Sequence record: PZ445488.1
DNA: 64,000 bases
Strand: one strand, 5' to 3'
DNA from: a phage
Of the stretch, positions 57,788 through 64,000 are shown in pieces. Position 1 is the first letter of the stretch; every line of letters starts with the position of its first letter. The position numbers were made by a program, and so were the translations under genes. Under the pieces are notes generated by a model. It was not told the origin of the DNA, did not search any database, and worked only from the letters and a program-made list of their open reading frames with translations.

Positions 57788-58073
57788 CTGTGATTTCGGT
57801 TACGATATCTTTGTTATCGAAATTAGGGTCACAATACAAAACATAGTTGTACTGCATGATACCGCCAGACTTAAGTTGTTCAACAACTTTATTAACCATA
57901 TTAGGACGGTCTCGTTTAGTGATGTTCATGATATCAGAGAAGATTTGTTGTTCAACATCTTCTTGATTTGCAGTCATTGACCACTCACAGAGGTCTTTAT
58001 CATAACCTGCTGTAACTGGAGCTGGTGCACATGATACTGCAAGTAAGATTGCTGCCAATGATAACTTTTTCAT
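57780..58073 (-). CDS. sp: spackle periplasmic protein (superinfection exclusion)
   Basis: 97 aa; signal peptide then AGYDKDLCEWSMTA...IMNI.KRDRP...QLKSGG.MQYNYVLYCD matches remembered T4 Sp. Confidence 0.85.
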   Translation of the reverse strand: MKKLSLAAILLAVSCAPAPVTAGYDKDLCEWSMTANQEDVEQQIFSDIMNITKRDRPNMVNKVVEQLKSGGIMQYNYVLYCDPNFDNKDIVTEITGE

Positions 58074-58136
58074 TTTAACTCCTTAGTTGATTTGATAGGA
58101 CTACTATACTATAGTCCATCTATAATGTAAACAAGT

Positions 58137-58385
58137 TTATTCTTTTTCGCGAATAATAATTACTTGTTGAGGCTGCTGAGCAGATTTCTTTTCGGCAACG
58201 ATAGACCAAATTAAAGTTCCAATCCAACCAATCATCGTCCAGTTAAAGAGTAAAGATACAAAGAAGATTGCTGTTGTGCTTTTTGTGCCACGAATAAGTG
58301 CGATTACCCAAGGCAACATGTAAATGATGATTGAACCAATACCTGCGATTAAAACTGCTACTGAACTAGCTACGAATAATTCCAT
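58137..58385 (-). CDS. small two-helix inner-membrane protein
   Basis: 82 aa; two hydrophobic segments (VAVLIAGIGSIIIYMLPWVIALI and AIFFVSLLFNWTMIGWIGTLIWSIV). Confidence 0.5.
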   Translation of the reverse strand: MELFVASSVAVLIAGIGSIIIYMLPWVIALIRGTKSTTAIFFVSLLFNWTMIGWIGTLIWSIVAEKKSAQQPQQVIIIREKE

Positions 58386-58446
58386 GTTAATTTCCTCTTG
58401 ATTTGTTATGTTTATAGTATCTTATTTTAACTTTGGTGTAAACCGA

Positions 58447-58815
58447 TTAATTAAATTTGTTTAAACGTTCAATACACTGGACATAGTTATTCGCGATTTG
58501 TTTCTGGGAAGGCTCTTTACCAGTTGTTTCAACATAGCGAATGAATGCGATTTCAGTAGCCTGTAGACAATGTTCTTTAACGCGTTGTTCTTTTGACAAT
58601 GCTACAGTATCAGAATCACGATAACGTTGAGCATGAGCATCAGCTTTAATCATTCGATTACCTACAGTAACCGGGTCTTCCACTTCAACTTTAGGTTGGT
58701 CATACTGTTTAACATTCGGATTGTAAATCAATTGGCCAACGTTATTAGGGATAAAGCCATGAGCACCACATCCGGTTAATCCAAATACCATTGCTAAAGT
58801 GATTAATTTTTTCAT
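58447..58815 (-). CDS. lipoprotein (signal peptide with lipobox LTGC)
   Basis: 122 aa; MKKLITLAMVFGLTGCGA... Confidence 0.55.
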   Translation of the reverse strand: MKKLITLAMVFGLTGCGAHGFIPNNVGQLIYNPNVKQYDQPKVEVEDPVTVGNRMIKADAHAQRYRDSDTVALSKEQRVKEHCLQATEIAFIRYVETTGKEPSQKQIANNYVQCIERLNKFN

Positions 58816-58885
58816 TTCAATTTCCTCTGTAGTTGATAGAAAGATAGTAACGCAGTATGTGGTGCTTGTAAACAGTTATTTAAAA

Positions 58886-59095
58886 TTATTGAAAATCTGC
58901 TTCGAAAACTTTCTCGTCATTAACAAATGCTTTAACTAATGCGTTGTTCACTTCGGCAAGTTGTACCGTAACCCACTCGATTTCTTCGCGATCACCTGAT
59001 AACATGATATCTTTAGTGAACATCTCACCGCTTTTAAACCAACCGATAAAAGTAACTTTAGTTAATTTGCCCATATTTCCTCGCAAAATGCCCAT
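58886..59095 (-). CDS. hypothetical protein
   Basis: 69-aa ORF. Confidence 0.3.
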   Translation of the reverse strand: MGILRGNMGKLTKVTFIGWFKSGEMFTKDIMLSGDREEIEWVTVQLAEVNNALVKAFVNDEKVFEADFQ

Positions 59096-59388
59096 TCAGC
59101 GTGATAAACTGTAGCACCTTTAGTATCATTCATTTGAACTACGTCTACTGGAGAAATTACTCGATAGAGACGTGGTTCACCTCCATAAGAGCGTGCTGCT
59201 CGTCCTGCATAAATCTTTGCTAAACCGATATCTTCAGTAAAGAATACACGATTCAAGTTTTTCTTACGTCCAGTTTCAGACAGAACTCCTGTTTCTTCAG
59301 GAGGACAAAGCATGTTTTCGATGTTAGCTGAACTACTTGAACCGTGATAAAAAATCTTAAATTCTGCTTTGCAATCGATGGTTTCCAT
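59062..59388 (-). CDS. hypothetical protein
   Basis: 108-aa ORF with promoter upstream. Confidence 0.4.
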   Translation of the reverse strand: METIDCKAEFKIFYHGSSSSANIENMLCPPEETGVLSETGRKKNLNRVFFTEDIGLAKIYAGRAARSYGGEPRLYRVISPVDVVQMNDTKGATVYHAEWAFCEEIWAN

Positions 59389-59453
59389 TTTGTTCTCCTC
59401 TTGGTTGGTGTAAGTACATCATATCATGCCTAGAGGAAGATGTAAACCCCGAA

Positions 59454-59471
59454 AGGAGACCGAAGTCTCCT
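59454..59471 (-). terminator. tetraloop hairpin aggagac-cgaa-gtctcct after gene 41
   Basis: perfect inverted repeat 5 nt after gp41 stop, followed by a GTTTAC promoter. Confidence 0.5.
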
Positions 59472-59476
59472 TTTTA

Positions 59477-60919
59477 TTAAAATTTTAACTCATTGGCTAA
59501 GCTATCTAGGTCAGCACGTGTTGCTTTGGCTTTACCTACGCGTTCCGTACGATTCACCTCTGCCTGACGCATCTGAGCACCTGCGTTTTCATTTACTGTG
59601 TTAGGTGTGTTCATGCCTTCTTGCTCAATCTCAATCCATTTCTGGTTGCCTTTACGTACACCCATCAAGAACTTGTTCCACTTATTCTTATCACCGTATC
59701 GTGATTTGATTTGTTTGATAAGTTGTTGTTCAGCTTGTGCAAGTTCTTCGGTTTCAATTACGGCCAACATGAAATCTGCCGTTGCTGGTAAACCTGCTGA
59801 TTCTGCGATATCACTCATGTTCATGTCTGAAGCATCCCATGCTGCACGTCCTACTTGGGCTGCAGTCCATAGAACTGTTTCAGATTCTACTGCTAATGCA
59901 CGAAGTTCTTCTGCGATAGCTTTAACTAATGTGTAGCTATTTTCAGTGTAAACTCTGATACGACAAGACCCACAAATACCTAAGTAATCAACCATGATTA
60001 CAGATGGCACAAAGTTCTTCTTAAGTTTTAACTCATTAAGCAATGCACGGAATGTATTAGCATTAGCTCCACCAGTAGGATACTGTTTAACTACTAAACG
60101 TCCTAATGTGGATTTTGAACGCCATTTTTCCATCTTGGCTTTATATTCAGCATAAGATACGTTACCATCATCGATATCATCGAGCGATACGTCAAGCATA
60201 TTTGCATCTATACGCTTAGCACAAACTTCTTCAGCCATTTCCATGGAAATATAAAGAACATTATGTCCTGTTTGAAGATAATCTGCAGCAAGTGAACAAA
60301 GGCCTAAAGATTTACCAACGTTAACACCGGCCATTAAAACGTTCAGTGTACCTGTTTCTGCGCCACCTTTGGTGATTTTATTAAGAATGTTTAATTTGAA
60401 CGGGACCTTACGTGCTTTATTTAGATAAGAAAGCCAGCGTGCTTCATAGTCTTCCATCCAGTCATGTCCAACATAACTATCAAACGAAATTGAAAGTGCT
60501 TGACGCATAATATCAGGAATAGCTCCTACGTCAGGCATTTTCTTGTTACGTTGTTCTGGAGGTAGTTCAGCATTAGACTGAATCTCAATGATTTTGGATG
60601 TAGCATTATACATCGCTTTTTGCTGGACATATTTCTCAGTTTCTTTAACCAACCATTCGTGGTCTTCAGGAGTATCAGCCAATTTTTCAATTAGGTCTGA
60701 AGTTCCTTTATATTCGGCTTCAGTTAAAGAACTGTTATCTAAAGCCACCTTTAACGCATTGATAGATGGCATTGCATTATATTCGTTAACGTGGCTCTTT
60801 ATAATTTTAAAGACGTTTTTTGCCGGTCCACGCTCAAAATACTCAGAATCCATATAAGGCCAGACCTTAGAAAAATAAGCCTGGTCATATACTAGATGAG
60901 ACAAAATAATTTCTACCAC
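59477..60919 (-). CDS. 41: replicative DNA helicase gp41 (DnaB family)
   Basis: 480 aa; Walker A GVNVGKS, RecA-like core; T4 gp41-like. Confidence 0.9.
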   Translation of the reverse strand: MVEIILSHLVYDQAYFSKVWPYMDSEYFERGPAKNVFKIIKSHVNEYNAMPSINALKVALDNSSLTEAEYKGTSDLIEKLADTPEDHEWLVKETEKYVQQKAMYNATSKIIEIQSNAELPPEQRNKKMPDVGAIPDIMRQALSISFDSYVGHDWMEDYEARWLSYLNKARKVPFKLNILNKITKGGAETGTLNVLMAGVNVGKSLGLCSLAADYLQTGHNVLYISMEMAEEVCAKRIDANMLDVSLDDIDDGNVSYAEYKAKMEKWRSKSTLGRLVVKQYPTGGANANTFRALLNELKLKKNFVPSVIMVDYLGICGSCRIRVYTENSYTLVKAIAEELRALAVESETVLWTAAQVGRAAWDASDMNMSDIAESAGLPATADFMLAVIETEELAQAEQQLIKQIKSRYGDKNKWNKFLMGVRKGNQKWIEIEQEGMNTPNTVNENAGAQMRQAEVNRTERVGKAKATRADLDSLANELKF

Positions 60920-60928
60920 GATAACTCC

Positions 60929-61270
60929 TTAAAAGAATTTAAATTTTTTCTTGGTTCGTTCATTAAAAGCTTGTTGTACTTGCATTGTAACACATTTTTC
61001 AACATGTGGTGCAAGTTCTGCTTTTCTGTCCTGGTCAAGAACTGCAAAGTCCATTACGATTTTACCATCAACCCAGTCTAGTTTTGTAATATAGACTATA
61101 TGATGAGAACCATCTTCAAGTGTAATCAGAATCTCTTGAATGACATTTTCCATTGCTGAACGGATAATTTTAAGAGATTCATTAAACACTCGTTCTTTGC
61201 GAATGTCTTCCCCTTCCGAAGAAGGGGATTCATCAACGATTTCTAGATTTAAATCATCGAGATTATTCAT
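60929..61270 (-). CDS. 40: gp40-position protein (head vertex assembly chaperone in T4); start set at MNNLDD to avoid 150-nt overlap with uvsX
   Basis: syntenic between uvsX and 41; assignment by position only. Confidence 0.45.
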   Translation of the reverse strand: MNNLDDLNLEIVDESPSSEGEDIRKERVFNESLKIIRSAMENVIQEILITLEDGSHHIVYITKLDWVDGKIVMDFAVLDQDRKAELAPHVEKCVTMQVQQAFNERTKKKFKFF

Positions 61271-62435
61271 CGAAATCTTCCATTTCGTCAAGGTCGTTTT
61301 CAATATCTGCTGCAGACGGAGCATCAGAAGCTTTAACAGGAACTTTAGTTGTTGCTTTGCAATTAATAAGGTCGTTAACAGCGTCATCAACTTCTTTAAT
61401 AGAAGAGATAGCACCTAGTTTATATTTAGTTTCAATTGCATCTCGGAAAGGTTTGTGTTTAAACAACGGTCCCCAGAATTCTACACAATCAGTAGCTTTA
61501 GCACGCCACGATTTCTCTTCACGAATCATTTCACCTGTTTCTTCGTCAAGGAATTCACGAGCATACCAACCAGCTTTAGGCTTAACAACAAATCCAATTT
61601 CAGTTGCCATTTCTAACAAGCCACTGAATGGATCAATACCGCCATCAAAATTAACCGTGATTGGGAAAGTAGATTTCTCTTTAACTGTACGAGATTTTTC
61701 TGCTTTCAACGTGAAGTCATAACCGGTCAATTCTGTACCTTCTTTAACCTGACGTTTAGAGATAAAGAATACAGTGTTAGCAGAGTAAAGAATACCTGTA
61801 CCACCACCCATAATCTCTTTAGGATATAGTCCGCCGATTTCCATTGCTGTATGGTTGATTGCAACACACGGAATATCTTTAATAGTCAGATAAGGAGTCA
61901 CAATGCGGAACAGAGATTTAAGTGCCTTAGCACGAGACATATCACCTACAACTTTCTCGTTCAATGCATCTTCGGTTTCTTTCTTAGATGCAGTATTACC
62001 GATTGAATCGATAAAGATAATAACTTTATCACCGCGTTCAATAGCATCAAGCTGATTAGTCATATCGACTTTAAGTTGTTCGACAGACTGAATTGGTGTA
62101 TGAACTACGCGGTCCAAATCAACACCCATTGAACGAAAATAAGATTCTGAAGCACCAAATTCAGAATCATAGAACAAACAAATTGCATCTTTATATTTCT
62201 TCATATACGCTGCAACCATAGTTAGTCCAAACAGCGTTTTAAAGTGTTTAGAAGGAGCAGCAAAAATAGTTAAGCCTGATTGCAATCCTGCATTCAGAGA
62301 ACCACCTAGTGCGATATTCAACATCGGAATACGAGTAGGGACTTCATCACGATTATTAAACAGCTTAGACTTAGTCAAGTCTGCAGTCATTTTAGAAGTA
62401 GAAGCTTTAATCAGACGAGATTTTAAATCAGACAT
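61263..62435 (-). CDS. uvsX: UvsX recombinase (RecA family)
   Basis: 390 aa; Walker A APSKHFKT, acidic C-terminal tail; T4 UvsX-like. Confidence 0.9.
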   Translation of the reverse strand: MSDLKSRLIKASTSKMTADLTKSKLFNNRDEVPTRIPMLNIALGGSLNAGLQSGLTIFAAPSKHFKTLFGLTMVAAYMKKYKDAICLFYDSEFGASESYFRSMGVDLDRVVHTPIQSVEQLKVDMTNQLDAIERGDKVIIFIDSIGNTASKKETEDALNEKVVGDMSRAKALKSLFRIVTPYLTIKDIPCVAINHTAMEIGGLYPKEIMGGGTGILYSANTVFFISKRQVKEGTELTGYDFTLKAEKSRTVKEKSTFPITVNFDGGIDPFSGLLEMATEIGFVVKPKAGWYAREFLDEETGEMIREEKSWRAKATDCVEFWGPLFKHKPFRDAIETKYKLGAISSIKEVDDAVNDLINCKATTKVPVKASDAPSAADIENDLDEMEDFDE

Positions 62436-62533
62436 TGTATTTTTCCATAGGCATCATTATATTTTACTCATGTTTAAAAGATAAGATGATTATATACTAA
62501 GGGTTATACAGCATTTAAAACTTTAAATGGCTC

Positions 62534-63082
62534 TTAACGAGCCCATTTGATGATTTCTGTAATCAAACCATTACGTTCGCTTGCATTAAATCCTATAACT
62601 TTGTTAGCACCATCATGATTAAGTAATTGATATGTTTGGATTTTGTTATGAATTGCAAACTCTTCAAAATGTGAAATGACTGTATTAAAACCGAATGAAG
62701 ACAAAGTAATAAGGTCGTCTTCAAAACTTTCAGTCATTTCGTTACGTGTTAAAATAATTGTGAACACATCATGGTTTTGGCAAAGACGAACATAATCCTG
62801 CTCATAAACATCAAGAACAGAGTCCGCATCTTGACGAATACGTCCATAAACCCAGTTACTAATATATCCACGGTCTAACAGATAAATCTTAGTAGGGTCT
62901 AAATAATTCAACATCGTTTCGAAACAGCCAACTTCATTTCGAGACTTAACATCGAAACGTCCATCAACTGTTCGTTTAGGGAAATCAATCTTTACATATC
63001 TTTCACTAATTTCCATTATGTCATTAATGAAAGTTGTTTTACCGGCATTATCCGGGCCATCTACTAAAATAATTTTAGCCAT
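62534..63082 (-). CDS. P-loop nucleotide/nucleoside kinase-like protein (thymidylate-kinase-like) at the T4 beta-gt locus
   Basis: 182 aa; P-loop VDGPDNAGKTT and LLDRGYIS (DRY-like) motif. Confidence 0.55.
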   Translation of the reverse strand: MAKIILVDGPDNAGKTTFINDIMEISERYVKIDFPKRTVDGRFDVKSRNEVGCFETMLNYLDPTKIYLLDRGYISNWVYGRIRQDADSVLDVYEQDYVRLCQNHDVFTIILTRNEMTESFEDDLITLSSFGFNTVISHFEEFAIHNKIQTYQLLNHDGANKVIGFNASERNGLITEIIKWAR

Positions 63083-63083
63083 T

Positions 63084-63983
63084 TTATTCCTCGATTACGA
63101 CATCTTCGTATTTAGGTATATTATACGGCGAAGAAATTAAAGCGTTAAAGTAGATGAACTCACCAAGACCTGGATGGAATACTTCTTCAGGATTTTCGAA
63201 ATATTGAATCTTCGGGCGTCCTTTAAGAATTTTATAGTACTCAGTTTTAGTTGGTTTAAAAATTCGAATCAGCGCTTCTTCAGGATACTTATTTCTGTCG
63301 AAGCTATTATTTGGATCGGTTATATAAAGCGGTTGGCCTAATTGAATTGCACATTCAACCACTTGTTCAAAACGATAGCACGGGTCACTAATTCGAAATG
63401 GATGAAAAATACCATCTAGATGAATAGGAGCCAAATCACCTACAAGACGCTGCATGATGGAAGGACGTATAACTTTCTGAGTTACGATAATCTTATTACC
63501 ATCTGCACCGGCGTTAACCAGCACTTCTTTTTGACGTTCATTCAACACAGTAGTTTGAAGTGAACGATTAACCGACAACATATCGGTTTTTAAGAATTCG
63601 TCAATATAAAAACGTGGTTTATTAGGGTCTGCCGTGATATTGAAATTGAATTCTACATCAAAAGCGCCGTCATATCCAGTGATATCTGTTATTAGAAAAT
63701 CACAATCATAATAAGCAATTAATGAATCAACCACAAATTCATTTTCAGACCAGAAATATTTACGAGTGTTATACGCGTTATCTTTATACCATAATGGAAC
63801 AAACTTAAATTCCGGGAAAAGACGTTCACATTCTTTAATATCAGATGCATTACGTGGATATGTAATCACATCACCTGGATTAGCACGGTGCAAATGAAGT
63901 TGGAAGTTGCCATCCTTAAGGATAGCATACTGTCCAGTTTCATAAGACCGCATACTCAAGATTGGTACGCGGAAAATAGCCAT
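63084..63983 (-). CDS. hypothetical 299-aa protein at the T4 beta-gt locus
   Basis: complete ORF, no similarity to T4 beta-GT or dCMP hydroxymethylase recognised. Confidence 0.5.
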   Translation of the reverse strand: MAIFRVPILSMRSYETGQYAILKDGNFQLHLHRANPGDVITYPRNASDIKECERLFPEFKFVPLWYKDNAYNTRKYFWSENEFVVDSLIAYYDCDFLITDITGYDGAFDVEFNFNITADPNKPRFYIDEFLKTDMLSVNRSLQTTVLNERQKEVLVNAGADGNKIIVTQKVIRPSIMQRLVGDLAPIHLDGIFHPFRISDPCYRFEQVVECAIQLGQPLYITDPNNSFDRNKYPEEALIRIFKPTKTEYYKILKGRPKIQYFENPEEVFHPGLGEFIYFNALISSPYNIPKYEDVVIEE

Positions 63984-64000
63984 TAGTCAAGGAATCCTTT

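Noticed and set aside
60929-61414. Full-length 161-aa ORF for the gene 40 position
   Set aside because: Its first 48 codons overlap the uvsX C-terminal coding region in another frame and are leucine/lysine-rich filler; an internal start at 61270 was preferred.

Overview
This window is a contiguous segment of a T4-like (Tevenvirinae) virulent myovirus genome, not bacterial chromosome. All calls rest on reading the six-frame translations and the nucleotide sequence against remembered T4 proteins and gene order; no database search was run. Gene order is collinear with the T4 map: rIII-31-cd-pseT-alc-63(rnlA)-denA-nrdB-nrdA-td-frd-32-59-33-dsbA-rnh on the minus strand, the late tail-fibre/lysis block 34-35-36-37-38-t on the plus strand, then asiA-motA-52-ndd-denB-rIIB-rIIA-39-dexA-dda-mod-soc-56-61-sp-41-40-uvsX on the minus strand. 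Punctuation is T4-like: early promoters with a GTTTAC -35 element, late promoters TATAAATA, and a family of GC-rich UUCG-type tetraloop hairpins after genes. Departures from T4 are the interesting part. (1) A GT-B-type glycosyltransferase gene sits between rIIA and a fused 39/60 topoisomerase gene. (2) The position where T4 carries beta-glucosyltransferase, after uvsX, holds a thymidylate-kinase-like P-loop protein and an unrecognised 299-aa protein. (3) An AroG-type DAHP synthase is inserted next to cd. Together these suggest a non-T4 hydroxymethylcytosine sugar-modification system of the RB69 (arabinosyl-hmC) kind, spread over several loci. Other notable features: nrdB is split by a group I intron carrying an HNH homing endonuclease while td is intron-free; a GIY-YIG/NUMOD3-like endonuclease gene abuts gene 39; three tandem paralogues carry duplicated promoters; the srd-position gene is interrupted at an A9 run; gp37 ends in an intramolecular-chaperone-like domain and gp38 is a glycine-rich adhesin; and a signal-peptide/membrane/lipoprotein cluster flanks spackle. 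No rRNA, tRNA, CRISPR array, integrase or transposase was recognised.
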